A stretch of 64,000 nucleotides of DNA from Octopus sinensis (taxonomy: Eukaryota), in the NCBI RefSeq assembly GCF_006345805.1, contig NC_043002.1:76570001-76634000 (forward strand), written 5' to 3'. Position 1 is the stretch's first letter; the number at the start of each line of letters is the position of its first letter. Shown one piece after another: positions 12,981 through 26,724 of this stretch. The notes beneath the pieces were generated by a model. It ran no database searches. It was given only the letters and a program-made list of their open reading frames with translations, and was not told the origin of the DNA. The translations under genes were made by a program, and so were the position numbers.

Positions 12981-13917
12981 GTATGTATATATATACATAT
13001 ATATATATAGATATATATATATATGCATGTTTGTATGCATGTATGTATGTATGTATGTATGTATGTATGTATGTATGTATGTATGTATGTATGTATGTAT
13101 GTATGTATGTATGTATGTATGCACATATATTCACACACACACATAAACACGTGCCAACATACCTACAATGTATATACTCACGTATACACACATGTATATA
13201 CGTACATGTGTATGTATGTATATGCTAATCAACAAGTAGGCAATGACAAGGTGTGGAGCGGTGGTATGGCGGTGCGGTAGGGATGAATACAAAACGACTG
13301 ATTGTCTTTCAACCGTTAGTTCAGTAGGCAAAAAAAAAAAAAAAAGAAAAAAAAGAGAGAAATAAATAAGAGACACGAAAAAGCTAAAAGAAAAAGAAAT
13401 ATAAAAAAATTCACTGCAAGAAAAATAAATGAAAATGAAGAAAAAGAAAGAAAAATTGATAGGGAAAGATATTAAGAAGAACGTCCGCCTGTCAGATCTC
13501 ATTAAGCAACATTCAGACGACAAATTCACTGTCATAGAATAGTCTTTTATCTATTGGTCGAAGATAGTAAAAGAAAGATAATCAAGAATATGTAAAAGAA
13601 AGATCGATCGAGAAGTGAGAATACATTTTGGTTCCTTTGTTCTTTTCTTCGTTTCTGTTATTCATTATTATTATTTTTATTATCATTTTCCTTCATTTTA
13701 TTGTCTTTTTTTTTTTTTGTCCTTCTGTTTTTTTTTTATGTATTTTTTATTATTTTTTTTTTTCATTTTCTTCTTTGAAAATATTGTTTCGTTCCTTCCT
13801 GTTTCTTGTTTTTGTTTTTACTTATCTTCCCCCACTTCCATGTTTGATATAATGGCGGAAAGTTAAATAAATAAATAGATGAATAAATAAATAAATAGAC
13901 TTCATTGATAGATAGAC

Positions 13918-13997
<80 letters not shown>

Positions 13998-14215
13998 TAG
14001 TTGGTTGACTGGTTAAACAGGGTAAGGGAATGTTAGAGAGTATGAGTGAAGAAAAGAGGCACAAAGACTAAGAGAGATTTTGAAAAAGGCTATCTTAATA
14101 AGGAACAGGAAATAGACAACAATAAAACGGCAAAAGATTTTTTTAAAAACCGGTATGATTATTGTGGGAACATCTATGATCTATAATCGATAAGGTTGGA
14201 CTTTAGACTGAATAA

Positions 14216-14700
14216 AAGCACTATGACGTCATTTTCATGGCATCGTTGTGCTATTGTTGTGCCGTCCCAAATTTGTTTGACCCTTTTGGTTAATAAAAGA
14301 CATAATGAGGAAGAGGAGGAGGAGGATATCAATAAGGTTTAGGTATAGGCATACTGCAAGGTTTCGCTTTCAGTCACATTGTGCGACATCTTGAGCGAGT
14401 GTCTTCTACTTAGCCCCGGACCGACCAATGTCTTGTGAATGAATTTGGTGAACAAGCACTATGAAGCCATTTTCATGGCATTTTTGTGCTATTGTTGTGC
14501 CGTCCCAAATGTTTTTGACCCTTTTGGCTAATAGAAGAAATAATGAGAAGAGGAGGAGGATATCAATAAGGCTTAGGTATAGGCATACTACGAGATTTCG
14601 ATTTAAGTCACATTGTGCGACACCTTGAGCAAGTGTCTTCTACTTAGCCCCGGACCGACCAATATCTTGTGAATGAATTTGGTGAACGGAAACTGTATTG
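14216..14700 (+). repeat. Tandem duplication, 238-bp period, each unit ending in a degenerate family B SINE head
   Basis: AAGCACTATGA at 14216 and 14454; units colinear with scattered substitutions. Confidence 0.85.
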
Positions 14701-15151
14701 AAGCCCATCATGTGTCTGCGTGCGTATGTGTGTGTTTGAGTTCGTTCCTCGACCATGCTGTGTGGAGATCGGCATGCTGCAAAGGACAGACCTAACGTTT
14801 TTTTTTCTGTGTGTCGTAAAACGCAACTTAACAACGTTAAGGTAGGATCTGCACTCGAACCCCGTAAATGCCTTACCAGCAACGACTCCACAAACAGACC
14901 CAGCTAAGTTGGGTTGAAAGCTAAGTTGGGTTGAAAGATTACCTGAGGGGTGCAAAAGTATCATCCACCAAGAATACGGAGTCTCCAACAAAAGGTAGAT
15001 GCGGCGATGCGCTACAACAGCTCACCTGATCTGCCTGACAATTTGTGTTGGTTTGTTTATGTTTCCATAACTTAGCAGTTCGCGAAAAGTCACCGATAAA
15101 GAACCAGATTTTATAAAAAAATAAATCTCGGGTCAATTTGTTCCTCTAAAC

Positions 15152-15520
15152 CAGAGGTTTTCAACCATTTTTTAAATCTATGACCCCCTCTGATTATTAT
15201 TTTACTCTGGTAGACCCCATAGCCATTCGATGTTGAAAAACTAGTTGCATACATACTTCTTTCAAAATTCCTATCTTGTTTCTCACATCTTAACTTGTGT
15301 AGGTTGAACAATGTAAAATATTAGAGAAAGAAACCTAGCTCTTTCTTACAATATACACCAATACATACACCTAAAGCAAATTTTTTTCAGAGGCCTTTAA
15401 AATACTATCGTGAATTGCCAATTTACTATTTTGTTACGTGGGTCCTCCCAAATCTTATATGTATCCTAAAGCGTCATATAGACCCTCAGAGGCGATATGA
15501 ACCCCTGTTGAGAACCACTG
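15152..15520. mobile_element. hAT (Charlie-like) MITE
   Basis: TIRs CAGAGGTTTTCAAC / GTTGAGAACCACTG; 8-bp target CTCTAAAC left and CT+CTCTAAAC right. Confidence 0.75.
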
Positions 15521-16211
15521 CTCTCTAAACCCTTTGAAAGAGTACCCCTGCATGGTCGCTATCTAATGAATGAAATTAAAGATAACTATTGCTAAAATAA
15601 GCACAAGGCCTGGAATATGAGGGACGGGTTGTTAGTCAATACCATCAATGAAAGCACTAGACTGGCACATATTTTATCGAAGCTGAAAGAATGAAGGGCA
15701 AAGCTGACCTCGGCAGGATTTGATCTCAGAATTTAGAAAGCTGGAACAAGTTGTGTGTTAGGCAATTCTAGTGGTTAGTGCACTCGGTACAACATCCAAA
15801 CTGCTATCTTGAAGGCTGAAGAATGTTGGAATTGAATCACGTATTGTCGATTTACAGAAAGGTGCCATCATGTATTCTACAAGAATTCTAAGAAAGTTTC
15901 TTGAGATTTGAGGAAACTTGTTCTGAATAAATCTCAGGGTAAAACACCTGCTAACTAAATTAGCATGAAATAGCTTTTAAATAATAATGATAATAATTCT
16001 TTTTACTATAGCTACAAGGCCTGAAATTTGGGGTGGGGGGAGTTGGTAGAGGGGAAATATTCGATTGTATCGACCCCATTTCAATTGGTGCTTATTTTAT
16101 CGACCCCGAAAGGATGAAGGGTAAAGTCGACATCAGTAGAATTTGACAAGCGGTGTTGGTGTGTTTACGTCCTCGTAAGTTAGCGGGTGTGATATCCCTG
16201 CACCATGGCAA

Positions 16212-16270
16212 TTATAGTTTTCCTTTTTCACGATACATTGCTAAACAGCTACATAGTTTCATTATATATA

Positions 16271-16315
<45 letters not shown>

Positions 16316-16650
16316 TATATATATATATATATATAAGCGATTCGCTAAATTATTCATAGATTTCTATGGAATAGACGTATCCACCACTGGCGATCTTCCT
16401 CGGAAACTGGCCGGCCCTGCTGATGAGTACTTTGTTCTTAAAGCAGAAAGCGCCGACGGTCTAGAGATATCACGATTGTCACTTTCGGTCGTTTACGGTC
16501 ACTGTCAGTATGTATGTATACAATTCTGTGCGTTGACTGCAGCATCAGAGCACTTTAGCTCTTATTTCTAGCATTATCGGCGCTCTAACACCGTGTCATG
16601 ATTAATGACATTTATAGTTTTCCTTTTTAGTGATACATTACTAAACAGCT
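16212..16650 (+). mobile_element. Candidate degenerate retrozyme/PLE-type element
   Basis: 39-bp direct repeat (35/39 identical) at 16212 and 16612; degenerate HHR-like CTGATGA..GAAA..GTC at 16420-16461. Confidence 0.35.
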
Positions 16651-16689
16651 GCCTTCTTTAATTATTATCTTTATATATATATAACTGAG

Positions 16690-16905
16690 AATGTGTGTCT
16701 GTCTATCTGTCTGTGTGTTTCCCTAAAACTTGAGAACTACACAACCAATTTCATTTAAATTTTACACATGCCTTACTTAGAGTCCATGTAGTTTCAGGGG
16801 CAAAAAAAAGTTCAACTTCTTGCCTAGAGCGAGCCCATAGCAATATCATATCTTCTCCACTATTTCAGTATTACGTGTTAAAAGTGAAACAAAAATATTT
16901 CTCTA
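16690..16905. mobile_element. Possible Helitron/Helentron-type non-autonomous fragment
   Basis: TGTCTGTCTATCTGTCTGT followed by AACTTGAGAACTACACAACCAATTTCATTTAAATTTT resembles DINE/HINE-type elements (recalled pattern). Confidence 0.3.
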
Positions 16906-16920
16906 TTTTATATATATATA

Positions 16921-17080
16921 CGACGGGCTTCTTTTAGTTTCCGTCTTACCAAATCCACTTACAAGGCTTTGATCGGCTCGAGGCTATAGTAGAAGACACT
17001 TGCCCAAGGTGCCACGCAGTGGGAATGAACCTGGGACCATGTGGTTGGTAAGCAAGCTACCTACCACACAGCCATTCCTG
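16921..17080 (-). mobile_element. Family B SINE head
   Basis: CGACGGGCTTCTT..GAAGACACTTGCCCAAGG..CCACACAGCCA. Confidence 0.85.
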
Positions 17081-18599
17081 CGCCTATATATAAGCAAACC
17101 AAGAATAAAAACAAAAACAGGAAATACAACAAAAGTTCAAAGAACGGACACAGTGAATGTATCAGATTGAAGCTCAGAGAAAGCTTAAGATGGAAAAAAA
17201 GAGGAAGATGTGAAATTCCGAGTATGGCTCTTCGCCAGAAAGAAGAAAGAGAGAAAAGTCCAGAGAGAAGGAAAAGAACAGTCCGAAAAAAAGCACGTGA
17301 GTCATTATGTGGCTGAAAAATAACTGACCGGAAGTGATGAGAGATAGATAAAGTAATTTTTGAAAGCAGGGGAGGCCAAAAATGGCCTGTGGTGTGTGTG
17401 GTAATATCCGTGTGCGTGTGTGTTTGAGCTTGTGTGAGTCATGTGCGTATGGGAGTAGCAGGTTAGTTGCAGTAGATTTAGTAGCCGAGGGGTGAGATGA
17501 AGTGTGGTGTGTGTGTGAATGTGTTGGTGTTGCCATGTGTGTACGTACGTGTTTGAGTATACGTATGAGTGTGTGCATGTATGCTTGCATATGTGTGTGT
17601 GTGTCGGTGTTGGTGTGGGTAAAGAGTTTTTGTACATGCTAGGATATGGAAACGTGTTTGTGCGTGTGCGAGCGTGGTAGATATGTATGTAGAATGTGGG
17701 GTATGCAAGTTATATATATGGGTGTGTGAAAGTGTGTGGAAGATAATCAAAAAATTTTAATTAAAAAAAATTCAGAATTTAGAAAATTAAAAAGTATAAA
17801 TATTAAAATAAAGTTTAAAAAAATTAAATAAAATTAATTAAAAATTCATTTGATAAATGAAATTGAGTTTAAATTTAATTTTTAAAAATTAAAATTAAAT
17901 TAAAAAATTAATTAAAATTTAAAAAAACAGCAAATTAAAAACAATTAAAGCAAACAAAATTTAAAATTAAAATCAAAAAGATGAAAAATAAAATAAAATA
18001 ATAAAAAAGGGAAATGAAGGTTGTAAGCTGTTACAGGAAGGAGACGGGTGTTAAGTCCAAACGTTGTATGATTTCGAAGAGTGAAGATGTAGCGCTGTTC
18101 TTGGCGAAGTCTAATGGCGGAGGTTCTCATTTATTCGTACTGAAAGTACTTATGCTTTAGAGGAAATTACAGACCGTAATATCCCTGGATGAATGACAAA
18201 AGAACATCATTTTACAGCTGTTTCTGTTACAAGACACTATAGTTAGAGCAGCGTGCATGTGCAACATTTTATAGCTTCCTCGGGACCGTTAAAAGTATAT
18301 AAAGATATTGTATTGTATTGTATTGGCATCCTTTCTGTCTCGGGAGACAATGGAGTTGCGCATGTTTTTTTTTTTTTTGGTTTTTTTTTGTAGTCTAGTC
18401 CGGCTTTTATATTTCATGTCCTGATACATTTCCTGCTGTGGCTGTGTAGTCCTATAAAGATATTATATAAGTATAAATATATAAGTATATAATCCTCTTC
18501 TTCGTGCACGCTGTTCATGATGTTCATAAGTTCTTGTTTGCAATTCGGGGTTTCACATCATTTCCGTGATGGAAGTTATTCCTTTTCTTTGAATTTGTT

Positions 18600-18752
18600 A
18601 GCAGTGCCTGTGTGGTAAGTAGCTTGCTTACCAACCATATGGTTCCGGGTTCAGTCCCACTGCGTGGCACCTTGGGGAAGTATCTTCTACTATAGCCTTG
18701 GGACAACAGAAGCCTTGTGAGTGGAATTGGTAGACGGAAACTGGAAGAAGCG
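18600..18752 (+). mobile_element. Family B SINE head
   Basis: Standard family B head sequence. Confidence 0.8.
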
Positions 18753-18926
18753 TGTATATAATATATATATATATATATTATATGCATGTATGTATGAATG
18801 TATGTATGTATGTATGTATGTATGTATGTATAGATAGATAGATAGATAGAAGATAGATAGATAGATAGATAGATAAACTTACTTCGAAATGGATGTGTGG
18901 CGTTCAATCATATAATGATATAGATC

Positions 18927-19284
<358 letters not shown>

Positions 19285-19291
19285 ATGCACA

Positions 19292-19353
<62 letters not shown>

Positions 19354-19476
19354 GTATATATATATATATACATACGTATATATATATAGATTATAACATA
19401 TATATATATATATATATATGTATATGTAATATATATGTGTGTGTGTGGTTGTACATGTACATATGTATATATATAT

Positions 19477-20010
19477 GCAGCTGCGACAGGCACTCCCTGC
19501 CATCACAGAAACCATGCTGGTTGGGGTTCAGCAGATTGTTGTCTTCGAGGAAATGAGTTATTCGCGATCTCACCACCCTCCCAAATACTTTAATGATATG
19601 AGAAGTGAGTGAAATCGGACGGCAGTTCACTGCAAGAGATTTGCTTCCCTTTTTGAAGCCTGGAACGACAGACCGGGTAAGAAAATGATCAGGAATGTAG
19701 CATCAAGTGAGGTGAGCTAGAGGGTGTGCAATTTGATGTCGACACAGCTTCAGGACAGTGGCCGGGAACTTATCGGGACCTACTACCGAGTTGTGCTTGA
19801 TCTTATCTATTTCTGTTAGGATATCAGGGGCACCAAAAGTTATGTCAGATATGGTTACTTAAGGGTTTACATTACTGACACTAGCCAGATAAATTGCATT
19901 AGCATTACTGAAATCAGAGCAGTTTGTCTCTGCAGTATCTCGCACATGGATTTTGCATCATCATGTAGAGTGTTGTTTTCATCAACCAGAGGTCCAACAG
20001 TGGTAACAGC
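19477..20010 (-). mobile_element. CR1-like LINE, start of RT domain
   Basis: [50 protein letters not shown]. Confidence 0.85.
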
Positions 20011-20011
20011 T

Positions 20012-20279
20012 TACTCTTTACTCTCTTTTACTTGGAAACTGGAAGAAGCGTGTATATATATATATATATATATATAGATATATATAATATATATATATAT
20101 GCATGTATGTATGTATGTATGTAGTATGTATGTATGTATGTATGTATAGTATAGATAGATAGATAGATAGATAGATAAACTTACTTCGAAATGGATGTGT
20201 GGCGTTCAATCATATAATGATATAGATCATATAATGATATAGATCATATATATTATATATATATATAATATATATATAT

Positions 20280-20311
<32 letters not shown>

Positions 20312-20723
20312 AGGGAGAGTTTACGAAAAAAAACAACAAAAGACGAAGACAGGTGTGTGTACGAAACAAACAGATGTATTAGTATATAACGCTCAGGAAC
20401 AGAAAAAGTCTTTTACGTTTCGAGCCTACGCTTCTTAACAAAAAGGGACACAGAAAAAACAAGGAGAGAAAAAAATTGTGTAGTGGCCAACGATCTATCA
20501 TGGCGACTAACGTGTATATATATATATATATAATAGATATATATATATTATATATATATATATATATAATATATATATATATATAATATATATATATATA
20601 TTATATATATATATATATATGCACACACACATACACAACACACACCAAACACACACACATATAATATAATATATATATATATAATATTAGATATATATAT
20701 ATAACATACGTATATATATATAG

Positions 20724-20757
<34 letters not shown>

Positions 20758-21195
20758 GTATATATATATGTGTGTGTGTGTGTTACATGTACATATGTAT
20801 ATATATATGCAGCTGCGACAGGCACTCCCTGCCATCACAGAAAAACCTGGCAGCACCGCCTTTAATCGAGCAACTCGAACCCGGGACTTATTCTTTTTGT
20901 AAGCCCAGTACTTATTTTATCGGTCTTTTGCCGAACCGCTAAGTAACGGGGACATAAACACACCAGCATCGGTGTCAAGCAATGCTAGGGGGACAAATAC
21001 AGACACACAAACACACACACGCATATATATACATATATACGACGGGCTTCTTTCAGTTTCCGCCTACCAAATCCACTCACAAGGCTTTGGGCGGCCCGAG
21101 GCTATAGTAGAGGGCACTTGCCCAAGGTGCCACGCAGTGGGACTGAACCCGGAACCATGTGGTTGGTAGACAAACTACTTACCACACAGCCACTC
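20012..21195 (-). mobile_element. Full-length family B SINE interrupted by an ~815-bp duplicated block
   Basis: Tail end TTACTCTTTACTC at 20011-20032; body resumes at 20851 (AGCACCGCC) and runs to the head at 21195. Confidence 0.8.
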
Positions 21196-21199
21196 GTGC

Positions 21200-23220
21200 G
21201 CCTTTATGTTTTTTTTTTTTTTTCTTTTTGCAAATGAAAAGAACAGTTTGGAATTGAGTTTTATTTTCTCAATGGCCCAACTCTCCTCAGCTGCTCTTTG
21301 ACTGTTAATAATGGTCATCATGCTTTTTGGAGGTCGTGTTTTTTCTATTCGAGTGATGCAATGGCAGTCGAATGGGTGCGTTGCTGCTGGCAGTATTTAA
21401 GTTGGTTGATTTTCTCGTTAATTCTTTTTATTTTTTGATAATTGCTTTTCTATTTCTAGGGATTCTGCACTTAGATTTGTATTCTGATCTTAAATGGAGT
21501 ATGTTTTTGCATATATTTGTCACAGTATCTACAAACGTCTGCCAAGATGTGTTTATGTTGGAGGGTGTGTGTGCGTGCGTGAAGGCCCAATCAACTTGTG
21601 AAAGATCATGATTGATTGCATCCCAGTCTGCGTTATGAAGATCCATAGTGACAAATGGATGGACTGGAGAGATGTCACTGGAATTGATCTTTGGGTAGTA
21701 GAATATCAGATCGCAGAGAACCACGTCATCGTCTGAGAGTAGTGGTGTTTTTCCATTGCAATATTAGAGATAGTGTCAGTGTGGTTACTGAACACTAGGC
21801 CCAAGATGTTTTTGTGACACCTTGTTGTTTCACGAAAAATTCATCCATGAAATCAGAAAGCAATACGATTGCTTTCTTATCAGGGGTAGAGGTGGAAAAA
21901 CCTGATTTCAAGCTGTTTGTGAACCAATTAACACTGGTAAGGTTGAAGTCCCCCATCATTAATTTGTTGTCAGTATGACACTGATGGATGAAACACTTAA
22001 TACTGTTGAGGCATTCCTTGAAGCATAGAAAAGGAGTTAGGGGTGGCCTATGGAGCCCAATTACTATTAAATTGTTGGTTTTACTATACACAGAAGCTGC
22101 TTCACAGTAGCCGTTGGTAGATACGTTCATTGCTTCAACCAAAAAAGAATCGTGCACGAAAATGGCGGTCCCACCCTTTCTTCTGCCGACACGATCTGCA
22201 CGGATGGCTGTAAAATTCTTCACTCTCACCTCAGCTTACAAGTGGAGGTTGAGATGGGTCTTTGTGAGGGGTGTGGATAGTCATTAACCCAGTCCTCAGT
22301 AAATTGGATCTTCCATTTTGGGGCATTCGTGGAAGGGCTGATGTCTTGTGCATTGAGCAAAAATGTTAAGGCGATAGTGGTGACTGATTTTGATTGTTTT
22401 GGTGATTTGCTTGTTAATGGTAGCAATAGGAGTTTGTGTAATAAGATGGTGGGGGTGGTGGCCTTGTGTGATGGCTAGAATGTTCTTTTGTAGCTCTTTT
22501 GCCAGATTCATTACGGCTAAAAAATAATTCTGCTTGGGGAATTGGAAATGTTTGTGGTTGTGGTCTTTGTATTGGTTAAGAGATTTATTTATGTGGAAGA
22601 GATATGAGAAAGATTATTTTATAAAATCCTCGAGTGTATTGCAAACTTTCGTTCTTGAGTGATTTTTAACTACTAAATGTCTGTTTTGAGCAATGTTTCG
22701 ATTGTTATTTCTAGCAACTCCTGTTGGTTTGCTCGTAACTTTTAAATATTTACTTTGCTCGCGAATGTTTTAATGTTTTTCACTGTTTATTTTGCTAGTG
22801 TATATTTTAGTGTTTTGACTGCTATTTCTAGCAACTCCTATTGGTTTGCTCTTAGCTTTTATATATTTAATTTGCTCACGAATGTTTTAATGTTTTTCAC
22901 TGTTTATTTTCCTAGTGTATAGTTTAATGTTTTGACTGCTATTTCTAGCAACTCCTATTGGTTTGCTCGTAGCTTTTAAATATTTAATCTGCTCGCGAAT
23001 TTTCATGTTTTTCACTGTTTATTGCAGCTAGTTTAATGTTTTGACATGCCTGTGCCCCCACCCACTTTCTCGCTACTGTGATAGATGATGGAAGAGACAG
23101 CGAACGCGCTGTTTTCTGGTGGCTGAAAATTCTAAAAATGATCAAATTCTGAACACCTGTAACATTTTCACGAAATTTTCTGGAATAAATGAATGACAAA
23201 TTCGGACTCAGCGTCAAAAA
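21200..23220 (-). mobile_element. CR1-like LINE 5' part (ORF1 region and APE endonuclease)
   Basis: ORF 21795-22229: RADRVGRRKGGTAIFV...IGLHRPP...MMGDFNL; post-EN linker in 21428-21724; colinear with the RT piece at 19477-20010. Confidence 0.8.
22704..23040. repeat. Tandem repeat, three 117-bp units, in the LINE 5' region
   Basis: G(C/T)TATTTCTAGCAACTCC at 22704, 22821 and 22938. Confidence 0.9.
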
Positions 23221-23305
23221 TTATATTTATATGACACATTAAATAGTTTTCTTAAAGATTTCGGCATGCAGTGACGATAACCACAAAGATCCCCTTGGTT
23301 ATATA

Positions 23306-23352
<47 letters not shown>

Positions 23353-23677
23353 TAAGATATATATTATATATATATATATATATATAATATATATTATATA
23401 CACACACATACATGTGTGTGTGTGTGTATGTATGTATATGTATATTGTTATTCTTTTACTTGTTTCAGTCATTTGACTGCGACCACGCTGGGGCACCACT
23501 TTTAGTCAAACAAATCGCCCCTAGGACTTATTCATTGTAAGCCTAGTAATTATTCTATCGGTCTCTTTGCCGAACCATAAGGTTACGGGGACGTAAAAAC
23601 ACACCAACATCGGTTGTCAAGCGATGGTGGGGGACAAAACACAGATACAAATAAAAAATACATACATATATATATAT

Positions 23678-23720
<43 letters not shown>

Positions 23721-23724
23721 TATA

Positions 23725-24040
23725 TAGTGAAGGGAAGAAATGGAGCTGAACGAAGATTCTACATAATTCCTTTTATTATCTTCTACACATGTTTCAAAGG
23801 CTGCAAATTTCCAAATTCGGATTGAATAAGGAGACCATTTGCAGCATTCTCTTCAGAAAAACCAGGAATTTAAAAATCCAAAACAATCCAAAAAATTCCT
23901 GGATTTTTCTGAAGAGAATGCTGCAAATGGTCTCCTTATTTAATCCGAATTTGGAAATTTGCGGTCTTTGAAACATGTGTAGAAGATAATAAAAGGAATT
24001 ATGTAGAATCTTCGTTCAGCTCCATTTCTTCCCTTCACTA
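23725..24040. mobile_element. Fold-back element with a type I HHR on each strand
   Basis: ~147-bp near-perfect inverted arms with ~21-nt loop; HHR on + at 23904-23986 and on - at 23779-23861 (CTGAAGA..GAAAC-ATGT-GTA). Confidence 0.75.
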
Positions 24041-24216
24041 AATATATTGAACTTCAATTAATCCGCGCTAAGGCACGGTTGAGACACCCCAAGGTCGTAA
24101 CTTCAACCGTGTTTTTCTGTTGTGATTTTTGCTACCCGGGATCGGTTAAATTTTGAATAATCCTTAACAAGATAATTCATTTATCCATTTCAATAAATAT
24201 ATAATATATACATAAC

Positions 24217-24247
<31 letters not shown>

Positions 24248-24254
24248 ATATTTA

Positions 24255-24315
<61 letters not shown>

Positions 24316-24334
24316 ATATAATATATATATATAT

Positions 24335-24575
24335 GATGCCACAGCTAGGGCAATGCCTTGTGTTCGCCTAATCTCAGCCAATATTATTTTGTTGACAAAA
24401 GTTTTCCCAGTGCCCCCAGGAGCGTCCAGGAAAAAAAATCCCCCCAGCCTTGGCCCGGAGTTGTAAGCGAACTTCTGTTCTGGAAGGAGCTTTGGCTCAT
24501 TGTCGGCTATGTACTCGGCTAGCTCGTCAACATTAAAACATGTCTGACGCAGCAAATGTGAAGACAGAGTGTTTG
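24335..24575 (-). mobile_element. Helitron PIF1-like helicase fragment
   Basis: GGFFFLDAPGGTGKTFVNKIILAEIRRTQGIALAVAS (Walker A region typical of Helitron helicases). Confidence 0.85.
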
Positions 24576-25929
24576 TGCCTACACATGCCAAGTCACCACA
24601 CAGTGGGACTGAACCCAGGACCATGTGTTTGGAACGTAGTTTGTTACCACACAGCCACACCTGCCCCTATGTATGTGTGTGTGTGTGTGTGCGTATATGT
24701 GTATGGGTAGATATATTATGCATGTATATATGTGTATATATATATATGTGTACATATTACATGTACATCTATATATATACATCTACACATAAAATACAAA
24801 ATACAAAGTTATATCTTGATATCGCTAGTGATAACAATACTCAAAATATATAACAGACTGGAATTATAGGTCTGTCTCTTGCAATTTCGATCAATTGGAT
24901 CTTGTCCTCCCTCTTGCATAGAAGTGTACGGCTGCAGCGAAATTCATTTTTTTACTTTCTTCTATCGAAGACATTTTAACAAAAATGCTTCTGTAAAGAC
25001 GGTGAAAATATTGCCAATTTCCCGAAACAGGGACACAATTCAATTTTTAAACAATAACCAAAGCCCATTCTCCGAAAGGGGGAGGGTTACGGTTTACATT
25101 TATTTAACAAATGCAACACAGCAACGTTTCCCTGACGAGGAACCAACAAGCGTGATTACAATAGTCAAACAGTAATAATAATAACAACAAACCTTTTTAA
25201 TTATCCCCATTTATGTGAAACCACTTATTCAAGTTCAAGTCATTGATGCAATTTTATACGAATTGCTAATAACACACACACACACATAAAAGGGTGAACA
25301 ATTGAATATAATTTGATTAATATGAATTGAAAACCAGTGATGTAGCATATAAGACCATAGCGGATCTTCCTCTAGCAAAAAGGATGACCAGTATTAATGG
25401 CTCATCCCTGTTATACAAATACTTTCACTTTAATAGTTTCACACTTGCAAAGAGAAGTAGGAGAAAGTGTGGTGGTAATAGCAGGAGTAAACCACTTGAA
25501 ATCAGAGAGGTAAATCTTAAAATATGGTTTTTCTCGAATTTTGCTTAATTGGGGGTCAAATTGAAAAACTTTACATGCCATGACCCAATCGAATCTACTT
25601 GGAAAAATCATAGGTAAATTCCAATTGAAGAAATTCTATATTATAGAATGTATAAAAAGAAACATGGGAACAGGCAGAGAAAATATGCCTTTTATCATAA
25701 GAGATATATATACATACATATATGTAAGATCAAAGGATCCAAGTGTAGGAAATTAGTAAGCCTCATGCAGTCCGTAGACGGTATAAAAGCGCAACATTCA
25801 GGAACAATAGTTTGTTGCGTAGGAGGTTGTGAGTTTTTTTTCCATATCTAAGTTCGATAAACTGAAAAAAGGTTATTTTATTGTACACAGTTAGCAATTA
25901 GGGTTGCTGTGTATGCAAATAAAAATCCA

Positions 25930-26177
25930 AATTTAGGGAACGGAGCAGGTAAAATCCAAGCAACGTATGTTTCCTAGCTAGCAGAACCCTCAAAGTAATA
26001 ATTACTCAACGGGGTGTACTCCACCAAATCTCCTGCGATTTAACTTGAGATCCCTTGACGACATTGTAACCATCATTTAACAAAGATATCTTGTTTTTTG
26101 AGTAATTGTTACTTCCGAGATTATACTAGCTAGGAAACATAGGTAGTTTGGATTTTACCTGCCCCATCCCCTCAATT
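25930..26177. mobile_element. MITE with ~53-bp imperfect TIRs
   Basis: GGAGCAGGTAAAATCCAAGCAACGTATGTTTCCTAGCTAG / CTAGCTAGGAAACATAGGTAGTTTGGATTTTACCTGCCCC; superfamily not assigned. Confidence 0.65.
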
Positions 26178-26233
26178 TCGAATATACATACATACACACA
26201 TTCAAACATACATACATACATACATACATACAT

Positions 26234-26385
26234 ACATACATACATACATACATGATGGCTTCCCCCTCGTTATCGAGTATGGCCATTGCACGAAGCTCAA
26301 CTGTTATTGGTGCTGTGATCGAATGTGACTTTTTAAAGCTACAGCCAGCCAGTCAGTTGAGACTCACAGCACTATCAACAATCAT
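26234..26385 (-). mobile_element. RTE-clade LINE 3' end inside a (CATA)n tract
   Basis: Matches 36936-37020 (CCCTCGTTATCGAGTATGGCCATTGCACGA). Confidence 0.75.
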
Positions 26386-26565
26386 GTACATACATATATA
26401 CATAGATAGATACATACATACATACATACATACATACATACATACATACATACATGCATGCATGCATGCATGCATACATACATACATACATACATACATA
26501 CATACATACATACATACATACATACATACATACGTACATAATACATACATACATACATACATACA

Positions 26566-26596
<31 letters not shown>

Positions 26597-26724
26597 GTCT
26601 GGCCGTTGTCCATGAAACATCGATATTCCTCCGTGTTTGTGAAATCTTTTATCCCTGCTGTAAGGCTTCATTTCCACACACGCCAGCTTAATTTAATTCG
26701 TCCTTAGCCGAAAGACACCTGTTG

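Noticed and set aside
22704-23040. CRISPR array
   Set aside because: Eukaryotic DNA; whole units repeat with no unique spacers.
25740-25850. Epimerase-like peptide MLRFYTVYG on the minus strand
   Set aside because: Short, bounded by stops, no splice support; likely chance.
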